64,000 bases of DNA from Piromyces finnis finn (lineage: Eukaryota > Fungi > Neocallimastigomycota), in NCBI GenBank assembly GCA_002104945.1, contig MCFH01000040.1, forward strand, positions 186,001-250,000, written 5' to 3'. This document shows, piece after piece, positions 1-14,688 of the stretch. Each line of letters begins with the position of its first letter. The stretch's first letter is position 1. The notes below the pieces were generated by a model, which was not told the DNA's origin, did no database searches, and saw nothing but the letters and a program-made list of their open reading frames with translations. The position numbers were made by a program, and so were the translations under genes.

Positions 1-1017
1 TTAAAAGCTGTTTTTCTTTCAGTTTTTATTTTTATTCCATACAATATATATCATTATCATTTCTTAGTAAAGAAAAAAAAAAAAAAAGAATTGTATGGCA
101 ATATATATATATATTTTTTACAAAATTAAAAATGCCAAATATATTAACCTTCAGTATTAATTATATATTTTGGTATTAAAAAAAAAAAAGGAAATAACAT
201 ATTCATTAATTAATGAAATTAGTAAAATTCTTTTTTTTTTTTCCCCTTTACCCAAACTACTTTTATATATTTACATAACAAATAATATTATTTTTTAAAT
301 TGTCTATTGTTAATTCGAAAAAAAAAATATTTTTTTTTAAAGAGACCTTTTTTTTTTTTTGTAAATAATTGAAACGATATACATATAAATAAAAGAAATA
401 TTAAAAAATTTATTTAGATTTTATTGTTTCCCTAAACACTTTTTTTTTTTTTTTAATATCTTAATAGTTGTTAATAAAATTAGCTTTATCATTTGTTTGA
501 AAAAAAAAATTGGTTATTTTTGACTTTGGTGAGGAATAAATCTTATCAAGAAGGAAGAAAAAAAAAAAAACTTTTATTTTTTTTTAATTAAATTATTTAA
601 ATTTCATATACAGATATCCTATTGTTATTAAATATATTGATATAATTTTTAAAATAATTTTACTTGATAAACCTAATTGTTTATAATAAGATTTTAAAAA
701 TATTTCTCATAAAATTGTTATTAGAATATTTTTATTTCTACATTATACAATATGTAACCACTTTATTTGATACTATTTATTTATATGCTTATTATTATTA
801 AAAAAAAAAAAAAAAGATACAATAGCTGATGTAAATAAAATTATTTCCTTATTGAATTTTAAATTATTAAAGATTTCTTTTTAATAAAATTATTGTGTAT
901 ATACTTAGTGAATTTTGTTTAAAATTTTTACATTTAAAATAATAATAATAATAAAAAAGTCTATTTGAAATGTTAAATTGGAATATAATGTTATATATTA
1001 GAAAACATATTTTTCTG

Positions 1018-1707
1018 TTAATTTTCTTCTTTTGGGAAGAATAATTTTATTATTATTCCTGGTAAATTTTTAGTTACGACAATTCTTTATTTTTTTTTTT
1101 CATTAATTATTGATTATTGTGAAAATGTAAAAAATTTAGAAATTGGAATTGTTAAATAATTTGGAAAAAATGGTTATGGATATATATATAAACAATTTTA
1201 AAAAGTTAATAATTTAAATTATCATATATTTTTAACATATTTATTTTATTTTATTTTACTTGTCAAGTTTGTCTTCAATAGGTGTCCAGGTATCTTTTGA
1301 TTGTACAATTTCAATATCATTTTCTTGTATTAAATCATGTCTATTTAATTCATCTACAACTTTTCTTTTTATTATTTCTGCTACAGTAACTGCTTTATTA
1401 ATTGCATTTCCTTTTCCTGTAATAACTAATGGTTCTTCTTTAGTTTGATCCTTTTATTTTTTTTTTTTAAAAAAAGATAATAATTATATAATTATAAAGA
1501 GAATGTTAATAATAAATAATTATTTTAAATAAATTTTCGCTATGATGAATTACCAACATTTAAATAGTTAAAACCATAAGAAACATAATTCTTTATTTTT
1601 CCTTGGTTTGTAATATATAATTCATAATCTTTTTTATTAAGAATATTTAAATCCATTTCACTTGGATCAAATTCAGTTTCTACTTCAGTTCTACGATATT
1701 TCTCCAT
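1018..1707 (-). CDS. Alba-domain RNA/DNA-binding protein, RPP25-like (3 exons: ~1558-1707, ~1260-1450, 1018-~1074)
   Basis: Manual splicing gives MEKYRRTE...ELYITNQGKIKNYVSYGFNYLN / ...LVITGKGNAINKAVTVAEIIKRK...DTWTPIEDKLDK / IVVTKNLPGIIIKLFFPKEEN*; these motifs are typical of Rpp25/Alba proteins. Confidence 0.8.
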
Positions 1708-2766
1708 ATTATTCTACACAACAAAAGTGGTGAAGATGAATTTATTTAGGTAAAAAAAAAAAAAAGAAAATAATAATTTTTTAAATAAAATAAAATAAAA
1801 TAAAAAAAAAAAAAATTTATGTGGTACAGAATCTTTTTTTTTTTTTTTTTTTTTTAAATTTTTAATTTTCTCAAATTTTGTTTTTTTTTTTATAAAGTTA
1901 ACTTTTAATTTTTTTTTATTTTTATTTTATCCATTTATTTAAATAATATCAAGGTTAATAAAAAAATTGATAATATATAATATTAAAGATCCTTATTATA
2001 ATTCATCAATTATTCATTTGATATATAGAAAAAAAAAAAACATTTCTAGTTTTATAAAGTGATTTTTAATATTTCTAAATCTTAATTTAAAATATCTTTA
2101 TAAAATATTTCTTAATAGGAATTTTTTTTTATTTCTTTATAAAAATAGTAATATTAATCATTTACATAAATAAATTAAAACAGTTTTATCTTTAAAGATT
2201 TGTATAGTATAAACATTATAATAAATGTTTTTTTTTTAAACTTTATATGTATTATTATTATTATTATATTTTAATTTGGTTTGGTTAAATTGCTGTTTCC
2301 TTTAAATATTTTTTATTTTGTATTTTATATATAATATAATTAATGTTATTAAAAAATAAAAAAATAATAGTATAAATAAAAGATTTTAAAATAGTCTCTC
2401 TCTTTTTTATTTCCCCTTAAATAATTTATTGTAATAGGACTTTTTAAAGTATTATTATTATTGTTATTATTATCATTTATTATGATAATGTTGCTAAATA
2501 ATTGTTTTTATTTTTATTTTTATAAGGGATGAGAGGTTAAATAATTAATTTAATCCAAATAAAGATGATGATTATTATTATTAATAGATAAGGTTGAAAA
2601 ATCTGATATAATATTATTAACTATAAATTTATTTGAAATAGATATAATAATGTATAAATAAATAAATAAAAAAAAAAAAAATTTAAACATAAAATGGTTT
2701 AGTTTAGTTTAAATAATAAAAAAAAATAATATTTATATAGTATAAATAATAAAAAGTTATTAAAAA

Positions 2767-5319
2767 TCAAAACTTACTTTTAGGATAGGAATTATTATTT
2801 GAGAATGATGGATGAGGTGTAGTCATGTTGATAGCATTTGACATCATTGTATCTTTTCTATTAAACTCATTATTTATTAAATTATTGGTAATTTCGGTGT
2901 TGGTGGTATTATGGTTTTGAATAGATTTGAAATAATTATTAATTTGTTGAAATTTTGGATTGACAAAGGCACTAAAGAGTTTAATATTTTCTATATTCCT
3001 TCCCTTTTTATTAAATAAAAGACAATCATCATTACCAAAAGGATTATTAATCGTATTATCATTTAAATGAGTATTCATGAAATTTGAATCGGATGAGGCT
3101 ATGGAATGATAATCTTCTATGGTATCGTTCATCGTAGGATAATATTGAGATGGCGGGAATACATTCATTTCCTTTTCGACTGGAGGTTCAGCGTTTTCCA
3201 TAGGTTTCATTTGATTTACATTGGCAGGATGACTATTGTGACTAATAGGATTATTACTATTATTTTGAAAGTTTTGGGGTAACATGGAAAAAGGATAGTC
3301 ATCTATAGAATTCGAAACTTTCATTGTATTCATCATAGGTCCAACGTTGACTTTATAATTTGGGCTATACTGAAGGTCATTACCTACTGTTTTTATTCTA
3401 TTTAATTTATCTAGTGAAGAAGAAGAAGAAGAAGAAGAAGAAGAAGAACGATATTTTATCCAATCAGAATCAGAACTAATTGTTGTAAAATTATTGATGT
3501 TGGAGGGGGGAAGATTTTTCAAATTTTGATTCATTCTATAGGATGTAGAGATTGATGTATTATTCTTCATAGGAAATGTTGGACTACTTTTTAAAGAACT
3601 TGGGGTATTTGGAGTTGATTTGTTAGGATAATCGATTTTATTGTTCATAGAAAGAGAAGGGTATGGTAGGGTGGTGGAAGAAGATAAAGATGAAGAAGAA
3701 GAAGAGGAGGATTGATTTGTATAATGCGATTTACCATTACTATTAATATTCATAAAGAGATTGAGAGGTGTAAGATATTGATTCAAATTTGTATTGTTGG
3801 TATTAAAATTAGAATGTATGGTTTGAGAAGGATTATTACTAGCATAAATATTATCATTGGAGCGATTATTAATGACTTTATTTATAAGATTAACATTAAT
3901 GGTATCTTCTGTCATTGGATTCTTGGTTATTTCAGTTTGATGATGACCTTCGGATCCATTATTATTTATGATATTAGTATTCTCTATGGTTTGACCATGA
4001 CCATTAGGCAAACTTGCACAATAATTGAAATTTAAATTATCTAACAATTGAGAAAGGTTTGAATTCGTATAATTATTTTTAGAATTATTATTTATTAGAG
4101 TATTATATGCTTCTGTATTCAATATATTGGAATCATTGTAGTCAAACAAGGCGCAGTTCTCGGTAGAAGAAGAAGAAGAAGAAAAAGAAGAAGAAGAACA
4201 AAATTCACCACTTTTATAAACACTATTATGACTATGATTATTAGGATTATGATTATTAAAAGAAGATAATGAAGGGTTTGAATACAAGGTAGAGGTGGAA
4301 GAAAGTTCAGATAAATTATCAAAATTTTTATATTGTGAAGGTATAAGATTTATAGTATTAGTATTTTGAAGGATATCATTATCTAATTTATTTGTGATGG
4401 TGTTGGCGATAGTTGGTTCAAATGATTTAGCATTAATATTCATTTTAGAATCATTAGAATGGTTATTAATTGTTATACCATTCATAGAGGAATTATTATT
4501 TAATCTTGAGTTTAATAAAATTGATGATTGTGAATCATATGTTAAATTGGATATTAAAGAAGAAGTAGTAGTCGGGGTATCTTTTTATATATATATATCA
4601 TCATCATCATCATAATTATTATTGTAGGTAGGGTATAATTAATTTAAAAAAAAAAAAAAAATAAAAACATATTAAATATAATAATAATATTAAATGAAAA
4701 GTGGTTAATATTACAAAGTTGATATGGTTAAAAGAAAATATAAGACAAAATTATTACCTATAGAAATATTAGTTAATTTATTTATTTTTGAATTTATTAA
4801 ATTGCTTTTCATTAATTCCTCATTTTTAGTGTCATTTTTAAAGGTATGAATAAAGCAGCAACGTTTACCATATGGACAGGTTCCCTGTTCCCAAAATATT
4901 TTACACATTTCTGTTCTGTATTTTGGATGTCTATCTACCGGTCTTAATTCTTCATAAGAATGAGCAAATTGACATTTTTCTTTGTATCGACAATATCCGG
5001 TTTCTTCAAAGGATCTACAAAATTCTGTTTTATATAAAATTATTTTTTTCTTATTTTGATCATATGCTTTTTTTTATTGGATAGTATTTCAATATAAATA
5101 TTATAAATATTTTTTAATTTAAAAAGGTTGTGGTGGTGGATAAATTAATAATAAATAAAAAAAATAAAAAATGGATTAATTAAAAAAAAAAAAAAAAAAA
5201 ATTATTATTATTATCAAGTAGTTATCCAATATTGGTTATTTAATAGAAATGATTATTAAAAGAGAATTACCATTTGGTTTTTTTTTATCAAAATTCCGTT
5301 GTTTCTTACTTTTTTTCAT
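2767..5319 (-). CDS. TIS11/ZFP36/Cth2/Zfs1-family tandem CCCH zinc-finger ARE-binding protein with a long Asn/Ser-rich tail (3 exons: 5271-5319, ~4758-5066, 2767-~4581)
   Basis: [25 protein letters not shown], an 18-aa linker ending KYRTEM, then [20 protein letters not shown]: two C-x8-C-x5-C-x3-H fingers with canonical spacing. GT-AG introns keep the frame into the 572-aa ORF. Confidence 0.9.
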
Positions 5320-5986
5320 CTTTTTCAAAAATTCTTATTTAATATTTAAATAAATCATCATCATCATAAAGAATATATATATATATAAATAAATTAGTAC
5401 TATCATATTATTAAATATATTACTTTTTTTAATTTTAATTATTGAGATACCTTTTATTATACAATAAATGATACGATTTAATAATAATACTAATATAAAA
5501 GGATTGATAATTTATGAAAATGACTATAACGTTGAAAAATTTTTTTATTATGCAACAAAAGAATTATACATTATAGCTTAATTTTTTTTTTAAATATATG
5601 TATTGAAAAAAAAAGTCTATATAACAGTATATTATGTATATAAAATCCTTTATTTTGATGTATGCGAATTTATTATGTTATTTATTTTATATTTGAAATA
5701 TTTATACTAATTTTAGGTTCTAATTTGTTGTTGTTAAAGTTTTATAAATTAATGTAGATTAAAGTTTTTTTGTAATAATAAAAATAATTAAATATTATAG
5801 GCTATATTATTAATTTTTTTTAAGTAGTTGAAATTTTTTAAGAGTTATGTAATTGTAATAATATCATATTATTTAATGATGATTCCAGTCTACATATAGA
5901 GTGATATTATGAATTAATATATTTTTTTTTCTCTCCTTAAATATATTGCTTGAGGTGTATAAGGTTTTACCAAGATAAATTAACAA

Positions 5987-6017
<31 letters not shown>

Positions 6018-6331
6018 CTTTTTTTAATTTATATTGTAATGAATTAAAAAGGTAAATTATTTATATTATAAAATAGTAATATTAAAAAAATGTATAATAA
6101 CTAATATTTATTATTTGCATTAAAAAAAAAAAAGTGAAGAAAATTAATACAATAATGATAAATATATATAATTTTTATTTTTTTTATTAAATCTACTGAT
6201 TTTTTTGTCTTTTGAAAAAGAAAATTTTTTGTAGTTTTAAAAAAAAAAGTTGATAAACTTTAATTTTAATATATAATATTAAACCATATTAAGGACAAAT
6301 TTAATTAAAACCTATTTTTTTCATATGGAAA

Positions 6332-6368
<37 letters not shown>

Positions 6369-8567
6369 ATACATATATTAATTGTATTTTATACACACTT
6401 TTAAAATTATAGAATGTTAAACTAATGAAATGATAAGTTTAATAATTTAACACGAATTTGAATTACCCTATTACAAATTTATACTTAAAAATGATTGAAC
6501 TTTTTAATCTTTTTTTTTTTTTTTTTTTTTTAAAAATGAAGTATAAATATATACATGATATTTTCTTTTTCTATTGATTTCAATAGAATAATATATATAT
6601 TAATGTTTTAAAAACTTTATATGAAAATCAACAATCTATCATCAAATTTATAGAAGTACTCTTTTTTTTTCTTTTTATAAAAAGATAAAATGAATATTTT
6701 TATTCTTTTGTTTTTTATAACATACTATTGTAATATTTTTTTAAATAGTATATATATATTTACATATCATATATAATCAGGAATTAAAATTTTCTCTATT
6801 TTAAAATATCTTTTTATTATTAAATAGGTATATATTTTACATATAGTCTTTTGTCACTACTTTTATATATTTTAAGGTATTTTAATTAAAACTAAATAGG
6901 ATGATTTTTACAGAAAGCTTGTTTTAAACCAATAATTTTAATTGATGCAATTTTATTACTTTTATTTTTTTTTTATCTACTAAAGACAATAAACTTTTGA
7001 TTATTTTTATATTTTAATTTTTTAATACTCAAAATTCTATTTGTTATAATAATACCTTTTTTATATAATAAGTAAAAATAAAGAATAATAAAAAAAAAGA
7101 AATTTTATTATTTATATTTTAAGAAGATTTCCATTAATTCCTTTTTTTTTTAAATATGGATTGAATTATGGAAAGAAAAAAACTATTTTAAATTTTTTTT
7201 CTTCTTCTTATTCGAAACCCTATATATTGAAATTCCTTCTCATTAACCTATAATGAATAAATAGGGAAAGGATTATTTTGTGATAGTAATGATAAACAAT
7301 TATAATTACTTTAAAAATTTTTTCTTATTAATACTAATTAAAAGGAGAGAAGATCACAGTGTATTGGGTAATGATATAATGATGATAATAATAAAAAATA
7401 TAATATGGTAGAATTAAGATTTGGATTAAATCAATAATAAAATAACAATAAAATTTTAGTAGAGCTAATTAATTGCCCCAATTATATTTATTTTCTATAT
7501 AAAAATATTTTATTTTTCAAATAAACTATTTAAATTATTTTTTTTTAAATACTATGTAGTTTTTATTTTATTTAAAGTTAAACATTATCTATCATAGAGT
7601 TTTAAAGTTTTATTACAATAGGTTTATAAATATTTTTGACTCCATAGAAATTTAAAATAATACTTTAAAAAAAAAAGATATGAAATAACTCAAGAAAAAC
7701 ATTCTTTAATCAATAGATAAAAAATATTTTATATTCAAGTTAAAAAAAAAAAAAACAATCCATATATATTTATTTTAATTTTATTGATAACCATTAATGA
7801 TTATTTATAATATAGTATTAATGATTAAAATGATATAGTATGAAATGTCAAACATATTACTTAATTTAAAGATTTTTAAAAATTATACTTTAAATATATT
7901 TTTAAAATATTAGTTTTATGTTTCATATATAATTCTTTTTTTTTTTTTTAAATTTTAAAATATTAATAATTATAGTATTATATTTATAAAGTATTTATAA
8001 GGATTTTAATGTTTTTTTTTTTTTTTTACTATTTTTTATATTATTATCTTCCATAATTATAAACCGGTAAAAAACAACTATAATTTTATTAACAGATAAA
8101 CTTTTTTTTTTTTTTATAATTAATTAGAAAAGAAGTAAAAATCCAATGAAATGAAAATATATATAAAGATCTCCAATAAAGTTTTTAAATAATAATCAAC
8201 ATATAATTCTATTTCAAAAGAACTTAAAAAAGAATACATTTTATTAATTGAACATATATTCTAGTATCCAAAATATTAAATATTGATTTTTTTTTATAAA
8301 TTAATTATTAATATTTATAAAAAAATTGATCGATAAAGAAAACTATAATAATCTATATTAAAAATAACTATATAAAAATACCTATTACTGTTAATTCATT
8401 TTTTCATTAAAAAGCATATTATATTTGAAATATTTATAAATTAAAAAATATAGAGTATTTGACAATCTCAATACATGATTATAAATAAACAATATCTTGC
8501 AACAGTATAATATTAATAGTTAGTGATAAAATCACTACCATCAATACTACTACAACTATTAATAGCA

Positions 8568-8569
8568 GC

Positions 8570-8614
<45 letters not shown>

Positions 8615-8627
8615 AACAACAACAACA
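8568..8627 (+). repeat. (CAA)n microsatellite
   Basis: About 20 near-perfect CAA units in intergenic DNA. Confidence 0.9.
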
Positions 8628-10552
8628 ATAATAATATTACCATTATTCTCATCATAAAACTTTATACTTTATGAAATGTATGAAATATATAACTTTATAT
8701 TTACGCCACAGAATATTTAGAGTTTTTGTGTTTAAAATTTATTCATAAATCTTAAAATACTTTTATATAAATATATAATATGTAATATATATAATTATAT
8801 ATATTTATTTAATTCTACTCTAAATGGGATATTTTCTTTTTTCTCTTTTTTTATCGGAATAAATGTCAAAATGTCTATTGTTATGACAATGTTTTTTTTT
8901 TTTTTTTTCGTTGATAATAAATAACAAAAAAAAAAAAAAGTTGTCATATAGGTGTATAATAAATAAACAATACTCCAATGCTGGTCATTTCCTTGGAAAG
9001 ATGTATTTTTGAAATAATAAAATTTATACAATCTTTAGTCTCACATTATTACTTTATATTCATGTTAATATGTTTTTTATGTAATGAATTTATATTATTT
9101 ATACCTTTTTTTTTTTTTTAAATACATTTTATTCTATAAATCCTATACGTTATTGTCGTCATTATTATTATCATTTCATATAAAAACAACTACATCGAAA
9201 TCGTTTATTTATACTACTTTCTTTCACAGCCTATATTTATATCATTTTGTTTTCATATGATTTAATTTAATCAAAGTTTAATTAAATTTATTATTGTTTA
9301 AAAGATATTAAAAAAAAAAAAAAGTATGATGATGGTGGTAGTGGTGGTAATAATAAATATATATTGAATTTACTTTTTCTGGTTTTCAAAATAAATAAAA
9401 AAAAAAGTCTTTTAAACTTTTTATATATATATATATATATTAATTATTAATAAAATTGAAGGTTTTTCTTTCTTTCTTTTTTTTTTTTAAATAGAGAGTA
9501 AATAAAGAATATTTTAAATTTAATCCATTGTTCAAATTATGATAATATTTTATATTATCCATGTCCAATGTCCATTAATTAATTAATTATTCAATCAATA
9601 ATGAAATATTATTTGCTTTTAAAATGTATATTTCTTTGAAAAATTGAATGTAATTAAACTCTATATCAAAAAAAAAAAAAAACTTTAATACACTGTCTCT
9701 AAAAATAAAGGCTGAATAATACTAATAATTAGAATAATAATTAATAGTTTATAAAGTATAATAATACTTTGCTTATTTTCATCATCAAAATTGTTTTAAT
9801 TAATTTCTGTTATTAATTTAATTAATATATAATATTAATATATTTTAATATATTTTTAATGATTAAATAATAAAAATTTAATAAATATAAAAAAGTATAT
9901 TTTATAATCATACCTTTTTTTTTTTGGTTCTTTTGTGTAAGCAAGAATGTGAAATTTACCATCTTCATATAATACAATATATTTTAATATATGAGATCAA
10001 TTTAAATTTCAATTTTTTTGATTTAAATAATATCAGATTTCTGTCAATATTAAAAATCAAAAAAAAAAAAATTCAAATAAAAAATAATAAATTTTTCTAT
10101 TTTTAAAATGATATAAAAAAGATTGAAATTCGCTCAATACTTTTCATTTTCTTCTTATTTCATTCAATATTAATTATTCTATTGATATAATTTTACATAC
10201 TGTAAAATGTTATATAAAGTGTAAAAGAAAAAAAAAAAAAGGTTCATTTCAATCTAGTTGAATAAATAACAATATCTATACTAATAAAAGTAAAATACTA
10301 TTTGATAAATAAACAATTTTTTTTTTTTTTTTTAAAAAAAAATTCATTTTAAAATCTTAATAATACAACAATAAAATGATTTTCTTGTGTATATAATATA
10401 ATAAAGGCATTATTATTGAAATGGAATTATAATTCAAAATAAAAATAATAATACTACCTACCTTTTAATGTACATAATTATTTTATTTAATATTTATTAA
10501 TAAGAAAAATATATATATTATATATATGTTTTTTTATCCAAAATTGTAATAT

Positions 10553-10590
<38 letters not shown>

Positions 10591-10864
10591 CAACAATCAT
10601 AATAATACTATCTTTTATGTTGAATATCAAATCATTGCTAGATAAAAAGTTTTCATTTCATAGTATCGTGAAAGCTTTTTTATTATATAAATTTATATTA
10701 TATATTTCAGAAATAAAATAATTTAATTTTTTTTGTTTAAAAAAAAACTGTTAATATATTTGTATAATACCTTGATATATTAACTATTCTGCTCGTAACA
10801 GCAATAATAATAATAACAACAAAATTATCTATTATATTAATTAAAAATATTATCAAAAATCAAA

Positions 10865-13411
10865 ATGAATTCAAAATATATTTCTATTATGCTATCAGGA
10901 AATGAAAAATATGTTAAAGAACCAGAAAAAATAGATATGAAAAAATATAATTTAAATGTTGAAGGAGATGAAGATATTCATATACTACCACCAAGACATG
11001 TTGCGCTTCAAAAAATTATAGATGATTATGCTGATAGCTCTTCTATTGATAATGGTTCTTTATGTGAACTAAATGATATTCCATGCTATAATGGGGATAA
11101 ATACTCTCAATTTTACCATCAAAAATTAAAATATTATACTACCGTAGGAAAGGACGAATGTCCTAGAATATTTGATATAAATCATTATTTACCATTGAAT
11201 GATCAAAGTAACTGTTCATCCCCTCTAAAAACGGTTTCTTTTAACAACAATCTAGCAAATTCACATCATGGGTCTGTTTCACAATCAATTCCATTAAATA
11301 ATAACCTAAATATAGATAATAATGAATCCTATTATTCTGATGCTTCCATTGAAACCAATACTACCTTAAATATTTCTCAAAATGAATCAATTATATATGT
11401 TAGATCATACACAGAGGTAGATGAAATATCCAATGATAAGTTAGCAAGAAAAAATACAAAGAAAGAAAATAATCCAATTAAAAAAACTATAAATATATTT
11501 AAAAAGTCGTATACCCCATCACCAATTAATAAAGAAGTTGAAATAAACGATAAAGTTGTTATTGTTTCAAATCAACGACAACAACAACAAGATTCTACAA
11601 AAGATACCATTGAAAAGAGTAAAATTGTTGAAATTGATAGTATCATGGATATAGATTTGAAAACATCATCAGCATTGACAACCAAGAATAATAATAAGAT
11701 AACTGAAAATAAGAGTGAACAATCATCAAATACAATCAAAAAACACAAGTCAAATGTTTCAAAGTATGATTTCGTTAAAGTATTGGTTTATTTATCTGGA
11801 AAACATTATTATGTTTTATCCCGTTTTTTAATTAGTCGAATGTTAACGGCATCTGAAATTGATTATTATCATGCTGTAAAAATTGCTCTTGATCTTAAAA
11901 AACGTTTGGTAGATTGTAATGAATTGGAATTGTCTCAAAAAAAATTAGAAAAATATTTATTTAACATTATGAAAGATTATGGTTATACTGAAAAATATAC
12001 TTCACTCTATAAACTAATATCAGGGTAAAGATTATAAACCAAGTCAAATTTAAAAATATTTTTAAAATAGTATAAAACAATAAAAAAAATTAAGAAAAAA
12101 AATTCTTGGTTCTTTTACTAATATATGTATAACCTATTTATAAATTAAATACCATATAGGTTTTATCGTGAACGTATTCCAATGATTATTTTAATCAGTG
12201 GTCCTAGATGTGTTGGAAAATCAACATTGGCAACTAAATTGGCAGAAAGATTAAATTTACCAAATATTGTGAAAACGGATATGGTTTATGATTTAATGTG
12301 TAGTATTTTTAGGTAGATATTAAAATAAAATAAAATATTCTTTTTTTATTTTAAATTAAGTATGAAAATAAAAAAAAAAAATTTTTTTCCCCATTTTTTA
12401 AGCGATATAATATTAATGTTTTTTTTTTTTTTTTTATATTAATTATTTTATTTTCTCCATTTTATTAGTATATCGGATGAAGATCGTGAACCAATATGGT
12501 ATAAAAATTGTTCAACAGATGAACTTTTAGAAAAGTATGAAAAAGACTGTGAACTTGTTAAAAAAGGTAATTAATCATCATTATCATTCTAAAAAGCAAT
12601 ATGTATATAACTCACATTAAATTTAATGATAATTATTTTTAATGTAAATAAATTCAAATAGGTTTAGAAGTTGATATTAAAAAGGCATTTACAGAAGGAA
12701 AATCAATTATTATAGAGGGAATACATGTTAATCATAAATTATATGATTATGTATTAGATTATATTACAAAATTTAATACGAACAAAAATAATAAAGAAAA
12801 GAAAGATTTAGAAAGTGATAATAATTCCTACACTTCAAAACTTTTATCTATCAATGATGATCCATGCAATGCTATAGTATTACCATTTTATCTTGATATG
12901 GATGATAAAAAATGCCATAAAGAATTTTTATTTAATCAAATAATGACGGAAACCTTTATTAATAATCAAAATGATTCAAATTATTTTATGTTGAATGATT
13001 TCCCAAATTCAAATTTAGGCAATGTAAGTCCATCTAAATACTCTAACTATTAATTTACTTTAAAAGAAAGTTTATTTATTTTATTAGAAAGTATTTTTTG
13101 TTATTAATTTTAAATTCATTTATACCTTCCTCTCTCCTGATAAAGCATCATTATTAATTTAATTTTTTTTTTTTTTTTTAAAATATATTTTTTAATAGGA
13201 TCAACTTTGCGAATTTGAATTAAAACTTGATATTTTAGGAAATTTATTCAAAAAAGAAAATAACAAAAGACAATATTTAAAATCTCCTACGGGTGAATCC
13301 AAAGCATTCAAATACATTAATGTTGATTCGAAATCCTTCCAAAGTACTTTGAATATAATGCATACACAAGTTTTAAATAAAATTCAAGAAAAATTCAGTA
13401 TATCTGAATAA
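10865..13411 (+). CDS. P-loop NTPase of the 2-phosphoglycerate-kinase-like family with a low-complexity N-terminal extension (5 exons)
   Basis: SKYDFVKVLVYLSGKHYYVLSRFLISRML...; Walker A in ILISGPRCVGKSTLATKLAERLNLPNIVKTDMVYDL; later GKSIIIEGIHV. These match my recollection of uncharacterised plant 2-PGK-like P-loop proteins. Exons approx. 10865-12024, 12160-12311, 12469-12566, 12661-13023, 13199-13411. Confidence 0.8.
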
Positions 13412-14688
13412 AAAAGAAAAAAGGATGAAATTTCAATGAAATATAAAGATATTAAGTATATAGATATACATTTATTTAAAAAAAAATGTTGTTTTTAATT
13501 TATTTACTATAAATCATCATAGTTATTTTCTTTTTCATTTTATAGAATATTATGTATGATATTGATTTATCATAATTATAGATAGATTTTTTCCCCCCTC
13601 CTTTCTTTATTTTTCACTCCTTCACCATCTACCAAATATATCATGAATAATTATTTATAATGTTAATTTCCATTTATCTTTTAATTTAAAATACAAAATA
13701 ATTATTCCTAATAAATAAAAAATAATAAACAATTATTGCTGTATTAAATGATATTATAACTATTCTAATATTATTGTTATATAAGGTTGTTAGTAATATA
13801 AAAGGAATAAAGTTAATTTTATAATATATCTAATTTAATAAAACTTTAAGCTGTCATTTTTTTTTCAATAGAAAATAATTCATTTTCCATATATTAATGT
13901 ATATTCAAATATATACAAAAATAAAAGAAATTTCTTATTTTACCGTTTGAAAGTTTTTGTTTTTGCTTTTAGGATCTGTTAAAAAAAATTTAAATTTAAT
14001 AATATATTATCAATATTATTTTATATATATTAAAATAAAATAGAATATAATTATAAATAATTATGTTTTAAATATTTTTAAAATTTTTTTTTTTATAGTT
14101 AAATACAAATATACGAAATAACGCTTCTAGGTTTTATTTTTTTATAGGTCCATTATCTAGTGTTTAAAAAAAAAAAAAAGCAATTTTAATATTACCAATT
14201 AAGGTAATATTAATAGATGGATAGAAAAACTTTGAAAGAATCAAAGTTTTTTTTTTTTATATTTTATTTTTTGTTTATTATTTAAATAGAAGATAAAACA
14301 CTTCTTAACATCAGCCACAACAATGTTTTGATTATTACATATTACATAATACAATCTTTTATAGATCACTTTGTAATTTACTATTCACTCATTCACTTAT
14401 TAAAAAAGTAAATATAAAAAACTAAAAAAAAAAAAAAAAAACTTTTAGATTGTATTATATATATCAAATAAAAAAAACGAAAAAAAACATAATCTTATAA
14501 ACGTGTTTTTATACAAAAAAAAAATGAAAAAAAAAAAACATTATTAATTTATTATTAAACCTTTTTTTATTTTTTATTTTTTAGAATAAATAATATTTAA
14601 TTATATTGATATCGATAGTCATTTTTATTTAGAAATTTATACAAATTATTCGAAAAGAGAAATTAAAAAAATTTTTTATTCAATATTC

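Noticed and set aside
5876-5960. Box C/D snoRNA (ATGATGA start)
   Set aside because: No CTGA D box or terminal stem at a suitable distance.
8795-9031. 78-aa ORF in the large intergenic tract
   Set aside because: It runs through poly-A/T tracts, has no motif and shows no convincing splice structure.
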